From Octopus sinensis (taxonomy: Eukaryota): 44,369 bases of DNA. Position 1 is the stretch's first letter; every line of letters starts with the position of its first letter. Made by a program: the position numbers and the translations under genes. Below are positions 12,624 to 25,030 of the stretch, one piece after another. The notes beneath the pieces are model-generated. The model searched no databases. It worked only from the letters and a program-made list of their open reading frames with translations, and was not told the origin of the DNA. The stretch covers positions 1 through 44,369 of the forward strand of contig NW_021834675.1 of NCBI RefSeq assembly GCF_006345805.1, given 5' to 3'.

Positions 12624-13617
12624 TCATCATCATCATTGTTCGACCGTGGTCGAGACAATGGAATTTACTATGTTACGCCAGACTTCACGGTCCATCATAG
12701 CATTACGGAGGTCCTGTTGCTGGATGCCGTATCCCTGGAGATTACATCAGGGTAGGAGAGTGTGCGCCCTCTGGTATTGCGAGAGTAGATGGCTTCAGAG
12801 GAGAAGAGTAGAAATTACTTCTTTTTCAGCTCTACAACAATGTCCAGCAAACTGGACTCTCCTACCTTTCACAAGAGATGACACAGGTGGTAATTTCCCA
12901 TATATTTGCATTTTGGTTGGATGGCGCTTCCACGAGATATTTTGAGCTCTCATAAGGAGGCGAGTGTAGGTTCCATCCAACCGCCTCTCAAGCTTCTTTG
13001 ATAACGTCCAGGTTTTTGAGCCATATAGTAGAATTGGTTCGACTGTGGCTTTGAAGATTCAAGTTTGAAGTCTCTACTTAGATTTGATGACCAGATCTTA
13101 TGCATGTCATTACAGGCTGACCAGGCCATACCCTTTCTAGTTAGAAAGTCTTTTCCAGATGATGATATGTATGACCCAAGATATTATAATCAGAAACCAT
13201 ATTTAAAGGCGCACTGTTGAGAGTGTGGATGATGCAATCACTGTTGGACAGGCACTTGTTTATGTATTCAGTTTTGGCCGCATGAGGTAAAGACCTACAC
13301 AATTTGAGGCTTGTTCAGTTCAAGAGATTGTAAAAGAGACGGGCATGGAGAGAGAATCACTGATAGGAGCGATGTCGTCAGCAAAGTCAGTGTCTGTCAA
13401 GTACTCAGCTGGGTGTCGGGAACTTCTTCTTGGTTTTATTTCAAAGCCCTTGCCAGAGATGTATCAACTGACATACGTAGACACATAATCAACAACACTG
13501 ACGAAAAGAATGGGGCGAGTGTGTCTCCCTGCAGTATTCCGGCTTTGATTGAGAAAGATGATGTTTCTCCATCAGGGGTTAAGATGGTTGAAGACGTATC
13601 TGTGTAGAGGACCTTGA
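12624..13617 (-). mobile_element. 5'-truncated RTE-clade LINE with (TGA)n tail and 10-bp TSD TGGCAGGTAA
   Basis: RT motif PDGET...GILQGDTLAPF (13436-13636); C-terminal DGTYTRLLMRAQNISWK...RRVQFAGHC (12795-12980); (tca)n tail at 12624-12636; TSD at 12614-12623 and 13618-13627. Confidence 0.88.
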
Positions 13618-14221
13618 TGGCAGGTAAACTGGACATTATTCTGACCGTCGGAGGTTACTTCCTTGAGCATCAACATCGACTGATATATATTTTAACGGCC
13701 CTGGGTATGGAAAATATATAATCGACCTCGAAATAATTTGAACGCAACTCATAAGGAAACGTTAGAAAATAACGCTTATCATTTTATTCAGCGTTGTACG
13801 GAATCTGGAAATCTCTATGACTAAATTTATAATTTAAAATATACTTTTTATCGATAAATGTACATAAAGATATTACAGATAAAAAAATCGATTGACGAAT
13901 GCATAGTTTTGTAATAATTGCATGCATCCGGTTGAGATATATAACTTGATAATTCTGGAATACCACCTGTAAATGTAATACATCACAATTAATGAACACT
14001 TACGCAGTAATTATAATACATCATCAGGTAATACTAGCGCATGTTATTGTTTTATTATTTAGAAGCCGTCTCTCTTTGACAAATGATTTAAAGATATAGC
14101 GAGTGACATAATCCTAAAGATAATTCATGCTGAGCTGAAACCGGATTCTGGTGTTAATCGTTGCCAGCTGTTGTTATATAGATGTAACAACATTTACAAT
14201 GAGTAAATATTTTGCTGCTAC

Positions 14222-14400
14222 AAGGCGTTAGTGCAGCGGACAAAATGCTTAGCGGCACCTAGTCTCTCTTATTCTTCTGAGTTCAAATTGCGCCGAGGTC
14301 GACTTTCTTTTTCATCATTTTGGAGACGATAAAAAAAAGTATCAGTTGAATCAGGGCTCCTCCTCCGAAATTGCTGGTCCTGTGCCAATTATTTGCAATC
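14222..14400 (+). mobile_element. SINE family C (CORE-like), diverged
   Basis: aaatgcttagcgg...tctgagttcaaatt.cgccgaggtcgacttt...ttcatc...gataaaa; same family as 20414 and 34093. Confidence 0.75.
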
Positions 14401-15114
14401 AATATTAAGTTGCTACTGTTGCTATTGGTGTCTTGTTTGGCTTCAGATCAATTATAATGTAATAAATGTATATGGAAATCCGTATAAATTCGTAAAAGTT
14501 ACGGGCATATAGTCTTTCTTTTATAGGCGAATATTTACTTAAGCCCTTTGCTCTATCATAGGAGAAAAGTCGACCAACGATGACTGTTCTCCATTGCTCT
14601 CGACTTTGGGCTATATTCCCCTAACAGTTTCATTCTGAGGCAAGCCTGTCCCTTCTAGTTTGGGTTGCTTCAGATTATAATCGATGCTTTCTGCAACCCC
14701 GTTAGTTTCACAGGTAAGAGCACCGGCGCACAGAAAACCCGTTCCTAAATATGTTACTTGAGAATCATTTTGATGAGGATAGTGCATGAAGTATGAAATA
14801 GAGAAGGACTGACAAAGAGCAAGTCTCTATTTTATATTAAAATATTCGGTTTACTTAAATTTCATTGCGTTCCGCCAACACAGAAAGCCCACTCGAGGCC
14901 AACGATTGACGCTCATTTTCCACTCCATTAACCATAATTCAACATCTGGTATTGCAGCAAACGATATGGTGTTAGACGCAGCAGAACACAAAGAACAACG
15001 AATGTTCTACTCCGTCCGAACAGCTTATCACTGAAATGAACATTGCTGTTTCCTCTTCTTAATTACATTACATCTAATATCATCTGTGTCTAGGTATTTC
15101 TTAATGTGTTCAGT

Positions 15115-15580
15115 GAAGGTGCATGGCGTAGAGGTTAGAGCATCGGGCGACAATCATGAGGTAGAGAGTTCGATTTCCGTACCGGGCAGTGTGTTGTATT
15201 CTTGAGCAAGCCACTTTATTTCACGCAGCTGAAGAAATGAGTTGCGACGTCACTGGTGCCCAGCTGTGTCAGCCTCTTTGCTGTTCACTTGGATAACATT
15301 CGTGGCATGGAGTGAGGTGGCGTGGTATGCATGGACGACTGATGGTCTTCTAGAAACAATCTTGCCCAGAACTTGGGCCTCAGAAGGTAACTTTCTAGGT
15401 GCAATACCATGGTTATTCATGACAGAAGGGCGTCTTTACCTTTTACCCTACGTACATATAATGGTATGGAGAGATGGAAGGCTCCTATGTATGGTTGACT
15501 ATTGGTCTTCCATAAATAACCTTGCTTTGACTTGTGCCTCCCATGGTCATGCATAACCGAAGGGCGTCCTGACCCTCTTT
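15115..15580 (+). mobile_element. tRNA-derived SINE family D (15115-15449) followed by a diverged second copy of its 3' half (about 15468-15580)
   Basis: A box tggcgtagagg, B box gagttcgattt, ttcttgagcaagccacttt body; tggtctt...aaacaatcttgcc...gaagggcgtc is repeated imperfectly downstream. Confidence 0.7.
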
Positions 15581-15859
15581 TACAGATATTTCCATGTCTG
15601 CAAATATATGAGTATGCACGTCGATATATAAGTGTTTGTTTTTATGTTTAGTTATAATATGACCAATTTTACGTTTATCTGATAGGTTACTCTACAGAAG
15701 AATATTGTTGATAGTGACTTTAAAGTTGAGCCCTGCTCCGAATATGGCTTAACAGGCCGAGACTTAGAAGTCATTTTAACAATATGTTTTTTATTATAAT
15801 CTACTGACGAGTACAACATTTTTAATATCTCACGGAGAGTAAGGGCCGGATGACAGGAC

Positions 15860-16073
15860 CACCCGCGCCAAACTCATCAATAGCATAGTTCTACCTGCAA
15901 TGTAATATGGTGGTGAAACACAGGCTAAAACAAAGATAGAAGAACAAAGAATGGTAACGACTCAAAGAGCCATGGAAAGGTCAATGCTTGGAATCTCGTT
16001 GAGAGAGCGCATCAGTAGCGAGATCATCAGAAAGAAGTCCGGCGTGAGGGATGTCATCGCAGAATATACACGA
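15860..16073 (+). mobile_element. RTE (BovB-like) LINE fragment, post-RT region
   Basis: Translates TRAKLINSIVLPAM*YGGET...QRAMERSMLGISLRERI...SGVRDVIAEYTR. Confidence 0.85.
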
Positions 16074-16135
16074 CAGAGGAACTGTCGAAAAAAAAAACTA
16101 ACAAATAATAGTAATAAAAACGATAAATACAAATA

Positions 16136-16546
16136 GGCGCAAGAGTGGCTGTGTGGTAAGTAGCTTGCTAACCAACCACATGGTTCCGGGTTCAGTCCCA
16201 CTGCGTGGCATCTTGGGCAAGTGTCTTCTACTATAGCCTCGGGCCAACCAAAGCCTTGTGAGTGGATTTGGTGGACGGAAACTGAAAGAAGCATGTCGTA
16301 TATATGTATATATATATATATATATGCGTGTGTGTGTTTGTGTGTCTGTGTTTGTCCCCCTAGCATTGCTTGACAACCGATGCTGGTGTGTTTACGTCCC
16401 CGTCACTTAGCGGTTCGGCAAACGAGACCGATAGAATAAGTACTGGGCTTACAAAGAATAAGTCCCGGGGTCGAGTTGCTAGATTAAAGGCGGTGCTCCA
16501 GCATGGCCACAGTCAAATGACTGAAACAAGTAAAAGAGTAAAAGAG
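16136..16546 (+). mobile_element. Family A SINE (full length)
   Basis: ggcgcaagagtggctgtgtggtaagtag...(aagagta)n. Confidence 0.92.
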
Positions 16547-16728
16547 CAAAGATTATATGAAGAGTTAAATTTTGTCTTTAATTAGAATCTGATGAGTTGT
16601 CAACATGGGTGCGGTTTTTGTGGATGCGAAACCATCGATCACTCTATGACTAGGTTTTAACTTTATGATTAATGCATTAGTGGTCTAATTTCTAGAGAGT
16701 GTTTCTTATTCAGATATATGATGTATGC

Positions 16729-16792
<64 letters not shown>

Positions 16793-16879
16793 ATTAGTGA
16801 ATTGAAGAAATGGAGTTGAACGATGATTGAACAGAAATCGTTCAATCTTCGTTCAACTCCATTTCTTCAATTCACTAAT
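16793..16879. repeat. Near-perfect inverted repeat: 40-bp arms, 1 mismatch, 7-nt loop
   Basis: attagtgaattgaagaaatggagttgaacgatgattgaac / agaaatc / gttcaatcttcgttcaactccatttcttcaattcactaat. Confidence 0.9.
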
Positions 16880-17032
16880 AATATTAAAATTCAATTATCC
16901 GCACCAACGCCACGGTTGCAACACCATATGGTTGTACCTCCAACCGTGCTGTCTTCTGCTGTGATTTTTGCTACCAAGGTATCGGTTAAACTTTTGATTA
17001 ATCTGCAACAAGATTATTCATCTTTCTATTTC

Positions 17033-17105
<73 letters not shown>

Positions 17106-17111
17106 TATATT

Positions 17112-17365
17112 AATTAGAGATAAAACCACTATTAGGCAAATCAAACAATGAAAAACTTAAGCCAAAACATAAAATTAATTAATTTATATTATTTTAAATA
17201 TATATCAAAATTATTAAAAGTTTAATAAAAGATAATATATATATATATAAGTTTTAATTATTTAAATATTTTTTATTTTTAACTTTTATATTTTAAAATT
17301 AATTTTATGTATTGGCTTATGTTTTTCACTGTTTGATTTGCCTAATAGTGGTTTTATCTCTAATT
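17112..17365. repeat. Fold-back element: 69-bp inverted arms (3 mismatches) around an AT-rich spacer, between (TA)n tracts
   Basis: Arms at 17112-17180 and 17297-17365 (aattagagataaaaccactattaggcaaatcaaac... and its reverse complement). Confidence 0.88.
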
Positions 17366-17369
17366 TAAT

Positions 17370-17381
17370 ATAAATATTATA

Positions 17382-17439
<58 letters not shown>

Positions 17440-17456
17440 TATATACATACATATAT

Positions 17457-17548
<92 letters not shown>

Positions 17549-17554
17549 CATATA

Positions 17555-17621
<67 letters not shown>

Positions 17622-17640
17622 TACACGTATATATGTATAC
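17370..17640. repeat. (TA)n microsatellite
   Basis: Direct reading. Confidence 0.95.
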
Positions 17641-18279
17641 ATAGGAGATAGACAGATACACATATTATGTGTGTGTGTGTGGTGTGCGTGTTGTAACTTC
17701 TGAATATTAGTATGCTGATCTGCCAGTTTGAGTTAGATACTGTATGATTATGTTGTCCTACACAACTTGTTATTGTAAAAATATGTTTTGTGTCAATTTC
17801 CCTTGAACACTCTCTTTTCGTCTGGTTATTATTGTTTCTTCGTCTATAAATCCATTCTTTATTTATTTACCTGTCTTTCCCTATGCCACTACTTCCGACA
17901 TCACATTTGTAGAATGTTGAAATAACATTTTCCATTATTTACACATTTTCATAGAGTTCGAGATTAGCAGAAGTTCGTTTTTCTTCGATACAATATCACG
18001 TGGTCCAAAGGCAGAGGAACTGTCGGAAAAAAATGAAAAAAAAAATAATAATAATAATAAAAATGATAAATACAAATAAGCTTCTCCAATCAAAGTAATG
18101 ATGGTTTTTTCGGCTACAATAATATTAAATTCGGATTTTCCTGTTTCTTTTTTTAATTAAATGTTATAATAACATAAATATCTATATAGATTTAGTAAAA
18201 ATTTTTATTACAATTTGAAGAAAATTATTTATATAGAAACAAAACGTAGCATCTGGTTCAGTCTTGTAAATCTAAAGTA

Positions 18280-19225
18280 TCAGGTTGAGTAAAAGTAAGC
18301 AACGTTTTGAACCACGAAGAATTTGTACCGAATTTTTGCAGAGTTTTGAATTTTCGTTTAAACATTTTATTTGCAATAGTCTGATAATACATAGACTCGC
18401 TCAAATGCATGAAAAAATTAACATCGATACTTCAAGTTAGCCAGAAAACTGCCTGCAACCGTTTGCATGCGGTCTGAAAATATATAAAAAAGCGTGACAA
18501 ATGGGTACAACAGGAATTGAATGAAAATCAGATAATGTGTTGACGTACAATTTGCTCGTCGCTTCTTCTTTGTAACCAGACGGATCCGTTTCTCGACCGA
18601 AGTGTAATTTGTGATGAAAAGTGGATTCTATACAATAATAAAAATACGTTCTTCACAATGGTTGGACCAAAATGAAGCACCGAAAACCTTCCTTAAACTC
18701 GAGCTCTTCAAAAAAAGGTTATGATAACCTTTTGATGGTGTACTGCTGGATGAATCCACTATAACTTCTCAAACCCGGAAAAAACATTGCTATAGAAAAA
18801 TATTGCCATAACATTGCCAGCCGACTGGTCAGCAGAAAAGGGCCAGTCATTCTTCCTAACAATGATTGACCACGTTTCACTAATGACGCTCCAGAAGTTG
18901 AGGGAACTCGGCTATGAAGTTGTTCCCCACCCAGCTTATTCTCCAGACCATTCTCCTACCGAAAACTACTTTTTTAAGTAGCTTGATGGTTTCCTACGAG
19001 AGAAAGAGCTAAGAAATCAAACCATGCTGAAAGTGCGTTTGAAGTGTTCCTCAGCTACAGAAATCCAGATTTTTATGTTACCGGAGAAAATAAACTTGTA
19101 TCTCGTTGGCAAAAATGTGTTGATTGTAATGGTACTTACTTTTGATGAATAAAATTTCTGCATTTTGGAAATATATTGTGATGAATTTCATGTTTCAAAA
19201 AGTTGCTTACGTTTTACTCAGCATA
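18280..19225 (+). mobile_element. Decayed, internally deleted mariner DNA transposon
   Basis: TIR TA|TCAGGTTGAGTAAAAGTAAGCAACGTTTTG with a decayed inverted copy at about 19196-19225. Transposase remnants WVQQEL (WVPHEL), FLDR..CDEKWILYNN, KGPVIL and PHPAYSPDHSP (YSPDL), with stops and frameshifts. Confidence 0.9.
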
Positions 19226-19268
19226 CCTCTTCGTTTAGGTTACAAGTGAACTAAACCCCAAATATCCT

Positions 19269-19710
19269 ATATCACCTTGATCACCTTGACTGACCAGTCC
19301 GTCGGGCGTCCATTTGACACCGCTGGTCACAGCACGCTGTCCCCTCCTCTCTGGATCCCAATCGCCCACCTGAAGTCGTAATTCCACCGTCGTGGACGCC
19401 CTCCGAGTGGTCGTTTCCGCTCGCGCGGGTACCACTCTACAACTGCGCGGGTTGACCTATTATCGGTAAGCCGGGCGACATGTCCAGCCCATCTAAACTT
19501 GCTGCGTGTATATTCTGCAATGACATCCCTCACGCCGGACTTCTCTCTGAGGACCTAGCTACTGATCTGCTCTCTCAATGTGATTCCAAGTATCGACCTC
19601 TCCATGGCTCTTTGAGCCGTTACCAATCTTTGTTCTTCTCTTTTTGTTGTAGCCCATGTTTCACCACCATATTACATGGCAGGTAGAACTGTGCTATTGA
19701 TGAGGTTGGC
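19269..19710 (-). mobile_element. RTE (BovB-like) LINE 3' fragment with intact 3' tail
   Basis: RDVIAEYTRSKFRWAGHVARLTDNR...WYPRERKRPLGGRPRRW (ORF 19327-19533); ends gtcaaggtgatcaaggtgata. Confidence 0.88.
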
Positions 19711-19813
19711 CCCAGCATGACCTCAGCTCGTGTGCTGAAACTAGATAAAATAATAAATAAATAAAATAAAAAATATATATACACACATACATATATATAT
19801 ATATATAAACTTA

Positions 19814-19985
19814 CAGAAAAATAAAAGACGAAGACAGGTGTATAAACAACAAACAGGTGTAGCAGTTTGACGTTCGGGAAGGTGAGAAAGTATTTTACGT
19901 TTCTAGCCTACGTTCTTCTACAGAAAGGAACGTGATATAAACAGAGCGAGAATAAAATGAAAAAGAAAATTTACTTGTGGATATC
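19814..19985 (-). mobile_element. Short (TA)n-associated repeat family F, Penelope terminal-repeat-like
   Basis: Homologous to 25031-25225 (aaagacgaag...aacaaaca...cgtttc.agcc.acg.tct); contains a hammerhead-like relic. Confidence 0.65.
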
Positions 19986-20413
19986 AAGTGGAAAATTCAA
20001 CTTGGCCCTAACTATCGATAATGAGTTTTCAATTATTCGATCTACGGAACTCCTAGCATAAATGTTACTGAGTATTGTAGATATCGTTTATATAATTCTT
20101 AGCCGGAATTAGTGCGACGCACAGCAACGTACGAATTACAATTACAGTCTTTTTGATATGCTTCGTCCACCATCGCAAATGCCCACAAATGATTGATGTA
20201 GCTACTTAGAAATAACTAGAAAACTTATATTTGCATGATTTTGGAGTTCTATTCTTGTAGTATAATTGCACAAGTAAGCGTAGTCTAAGTAGTTCACTAC
20301 CATAGCATAAAGAGCATAACATTTTCAATAGATTACTTGCAACTGTATTTACACCTTATCAAGTAACCATATAATGCACAGCTTTCCAATATAAATAAAA
20401 GAAATAAACCTAA

Positions 20414-20539
20414 CAGAATCGTTAATCCGCTGGGCAAAACGCTTAGCGATTTCGTTCGTCTGTACGTTCTGGGTTCATATTCTGCCGAGATCGACTTTGC
20501 CTTTCTTCCTTTACAGATCGATAAAATATGTAGCAGTTG
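20414..20539 (+). mobile_element. SINE family C fragment
   Basis: cagaatcgtta...gcttagcg...gccgagatcgactttgcctttc...gataaaa. Confidence 0.75.
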
Positions 20540-21539
20540 GTCACCGAACTTGATAATTTAGAGCCAACATTTGAACGCAATATAAATAACTCTAAGTAGA
20601 CCTTTCCAGAATATATTATGCACTTTTACTGACACATTTCCTCCGCTTTTAACCTCGTTTACCTAAGCAGAGCTTTGAAGTTTTCAGAGAGAAAAAAAAA
20701 GAAAGATGCCATTAGATCTCTCATTTTTTTCGAAAGAAAGAAACTCACCTTCGTTATAGATATAAATGTAGGACATGGTTTCAAAGTAAGTAAGTTTTAT
20801 ATTGGCGAAAGCGAAATAATTTTAAAAAGGTAAAAGAAAAGAAACAACGAGATAGTATCAGATCTCTAAGTTTTCGAGACAAGCAAAAGTATCTTTAGTA
20901 TAAATATGTAGCAAGGATGATATGAAAGGAATATTAGCGCTTACAAATTGAAAAATGCTTACTCTAAAATGAAGGAAAACCAAAGTGGAAATTTACCTAT
21001 TGCAATAACACTTTTAACCATTCTTAGAACAGTTCCTATAACCAACTCTTTCAAAAGTAAAATCTTAAAGTGCTTTTTAGACATTATTAAATGGTTAACT
21101 ACTCTCATGTTCTGGTGGAGTTTATATAATTTATCGAAACGCATTTCACCATTGAAAATTTGGAAAATGATTATAATTTGTTTTATTTATCTATTTTAAG
21201 ATGCCACTAAAATTTCCTTTTGTCTCTGTTCTTTTTTCCCCTCCTAATTTCCTGTCTCATATAATTTTCCCTCTGTTCGTATTATCAAAGTGTACAAGTC
21301 ATTTTACTAACTTGCTCACTATTGCATTAATATATAAATATTTGACTAAATAGTTAAATACTTGAGCAAGGAATATTATTCATATCTGATTGTTTTATAG
21401 TTTCTTTAATTATGAAGCAGGTGTAACCATACATAATAGCCTATTCATATTAGCTGCTAATAGAAAATTTCATCGTATTTTATATGTAGACGTTATTGCT
21501 TTGTTTCTCACTCTCTCTCTTTCCTTCTCTCTTTCTACA

Positions 21540-21548
21540 TATGTATGC

Positions 21549-21583
<35 letters not shown>

Positions 21584-21800
21584 CGTGTGTGTGTGTGTGT
21601 GTGTGTTTGTCTGTCTGTGACATTCTGTAAGTACATATATTCAAAATATTGTATTTACAAAAGTTCATATATATGCGTGTCTGCGCGCGCGCGCGCGTGT
21701 GTGTGTGTGCGTGCGTGCGTGTGTATGTATGTATATACACACACGTATATATATATATATATGCATGTATGTGTGCATGTGAATATGCAAGTGTATGTGT
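21540..21800. repeat. (TG)n/(TA)n/(CG)n microsatellite
   Basis: Direct reading. Confidence 0.9.
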
Positions 21801-22619
21801 GCGTGCCTGTTTTATCCATATGTGCAAAAGTGTATGTGTACATATGTTTACATATAAACCACACTAGGTTTTATTTCATTACTTATATAACAATATATAA
21901 TATGCTGATATTTTACATAGAACACAGCTAATATTAAAATCAAATATATTTCCTGAAAACATGACTGGCTATTATTTATCTATTTCTCAAACTGCTAAGC
22001 TATGTATTAACTTTTATGGTATACCATGTCATTTATCATAAATTTATTTACTTAGATTAAATTTGGGACTATGTATTATTCTGTTATTCTATTATTCTAT
22101 TATTCTATTTATATTTGAACTTTCTTATTATCCAAAATATTTTAATCTAATCTAATTTGGAGCTTACGCATAAAAAAGCCCACTTTCTACTGAACGACAA
22201 GTAACTAGCAATTTTCCATGAAACTGTAATTCCGAATTGATTTTCCATACACAATACATGCTTTTATAGATACCTGTGTGCATGTGTGTGTGTGTGCGTG
22301 TGTATGTGTGTGGATGTGTGTGTGTACATATGTGTATGTTTTGTGTTTGTGTGTACGTAGAACAAAATATCGTCTTTAATCCCGTACGAGTGAAAATATA
22401 TATCATCGATGGAGTTATTGATGGAAATTAGACTTTCTGAAACATGCCATTATTAACTTAATTACTTTCAATCTGCATTATATAATACCAGTCCACATCA
22501 CTGTTTACAACCCGGATTAGAATGAAAAACTTATTTGATCATAATTTAATTTAATTAAACAGAGATTTAACCCAAAATATATGTGTTCCAAATGTCAGAA
22601 ACATAATTTCATTAACTAT

Positions 22620-22622
22620 ATT

Positions 22623-22720
<98 letters not shown>

Positions 22721-22885
22721 TAGACAGATAGATATGCATGTATATATGAATATATATATATAAGTACATACATAAACTCACACACACGAACATACATACG
22801 TGCATACATATAAACACACACTCATATATATATACATACACACTTAAATACACACACAAACACACACACATATACTTATATATAG
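22620..22885. repeat. (TA)n/(GA)n/(CA)n microsatellite
   Basis: Direct reading. Confidence 0.9.
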
Positions 22886-24430
22886 AGTGATCGATTTATC
22901 TTATTTCTCATTACACGAGGCATATTTCTATGAAGTTCTTGAGATATTAGCTTGAATCAGTTTATTATGTATGTATTCAGTTCACAAATGATACTGTAAA
23001 TTTTCCTAATGTAAGCACGGGGCCCAAATTTTAAGGAGAGGATGTGAACCTATATTTGTGTAGTACTTCATTTTATCGACGTACAGGAATAAGTACCGTG
23101 TTGCCGTCTATATATTATTGAAACTCATCATGCCTCAGAATAAATATCACAAACTGTCGTTCTTAAAGGTCTCTCGTTCCACCACCCGAAAAAATAGATA
23201 AACTAATTCGACTTGAAGAACCAAAGACTTTTATGCTTCTTTTGAAAATCAAATATATTAGGATATTGTCGAAAAGATTTTCCGGTTTTTGTATAAATAA
23301 ATTTGGCGAACATAAAGCTTGTTATATTATATTCCACCTGAGCCTAATTTGCTGAAGTTTTCAGAAGAAAAACTCAGGGATCTCTGTCATTACTTTAACA
23401 TACAGGGTGTAGTTGTAATATTGTGAGAGTTTTGAAGGTGAAATCTTTTTGTCATTCAAAATAGTTTACGCTTAATCGAATTTATTTTTTAAAGATTATA
23501 TATCATTTATTCAGGCGGAAGCCACAGGGAAATAGGTTTTCAAAAATCTCCAATACTCGATATGTTGGGAGTAAAGCTACATTTGTAAAGCTCTAACACG
23601 TCCGAATCACTTAGAAAGATGAATCACTCGGAGAAATGTAATGAATAACTATGAATCTGTAACCTATATGCAGATGACATTTTACTTCATACAATCAATA
23701 ATCTGGTGCCAATCATGTAACACACCTTGTTTCTAATTAATGACATCAAAGCAATATGTTTTGTATTTCTAGCAAGGGAATGTGGAACACCACCCAAGAG
23801 GTATACAGCAGATTTTCAAACACCCTCACTCTTAAAATCAGCTATGCATGTCGCTATAAAATTGCCACTTGGAATACATGCAACAGTAGTCATATAGAAA
23901 CTTGCAGCTCAAATCTCTTTAGATATCCTGTGAACGTAGCTTTCATCTACCCGCTCACTCAAGGTATCTCTCTCAACAGAAGTGTTTTTTTTTTACTGAA
24001 CAACGGAAAATGAAAGAAAATATAGGGAACTCCCTATAAAGTGTTCATAAGACTAACTCATATGACAGAATTGAAGGACGACTTCCGAGGAAACTTCCTG
24101 ATGTTAAAGCGATCAATAATAAAATTAATAAGTGAGCAGTGATATTATCAAAGTGTCGACAATGGAGGAGATCTCTTGAGGCCGGTTTCCATCAGGAATA
24201 AATACTGGGCTCTGGTCACAAAGGAGTGGGGGTGGAAGAGATGCTTCTCATGGTTATATTTTCGTAAAGGTAAGTCTATACTTATCCGGAAGTCTAGGTA
24301 TTAAGACGAATAAAACAGAGTAGAGTTTTATTCGCAACACATATACTGAATGATTACATACGTGATATAGCGGCGAGCAACACTAGTTTACATTACAATC
24401 ACAAGCAATCTACCGTTACATTTACATATA

Positions 24431-24736
24431 TATCACCGTGATCACCGTGACTGACCAGGCTATCAGATGTTACTACACATCGCTGGTCACAATGCGCTTC
24501 GCATTGTTTTAGCCTTCAAAGGACGCCACCCCGCTGGCTAAGCGAGCAGGCCGACAGGAGAAAGAGTGAGAGAAAGTTGTGGCGAAAGTGTACAGCAGGA
24601 TTGCCACCACCCCTGCCGGAGCCTCGTGGAGCTTGTAGGTGTTTTCGCTCAATAAACACACACAACGCCCGGTCTCGAAACTCCGACCCTACGACCGCGA
24701 GTCCGCTGCCCTAACCACTGGGCCATTGCGCCTCCA
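24431..24736 (-). mobile_element. Family B SINE (full length)
   Basis: Co-linear with 10086-10378 from head (ccctaaccactgggccattgcgcctcca) to tail (atcaccgtgatcaccgtgac). Confidence 0.9.
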
Positions 24737-25030
24737 TATAATATAATAATATATATATATATATATATAATATATATATAAATGCAAAAATATGTGTATA
24801 TATTTATCTACACATATGTAGAAGTGGGTCCCGTGTAAGCGCATGACACCACTCGAAAGATGATTTCAGAAAAGTGATTGGCACAACGTATAGAAGTGCG
24901 AGAGCACGAGGGGAATGGACCGAATGCTGTGGCCAGCGGAGACAACTCTGCATTAGACAGCATTGTCCATCAATGTAGTCCAGGTTATATATATATACAC
25001 ACACACATACTATATATATATATATATATA

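Noticed and set aside
14560-14713. Segment with a good acceptor and a CAG|gtaaga donor
   Set aside because: Stops in all three frames; it could only be a non-coding exon, for which there is no evidence.
15804-15850. CTGACGAGTAC, resembling the start of the 32-kb ribozyme
   Set aside because: No complementary GTAC-GAAA follows; probably a chance match.
23667-23678. YADD (tatgcagatgac) RT-like motif
   Set aside because: No convincing upstream QG motif or open frame; it may be a very old LINE but cannot be supported.
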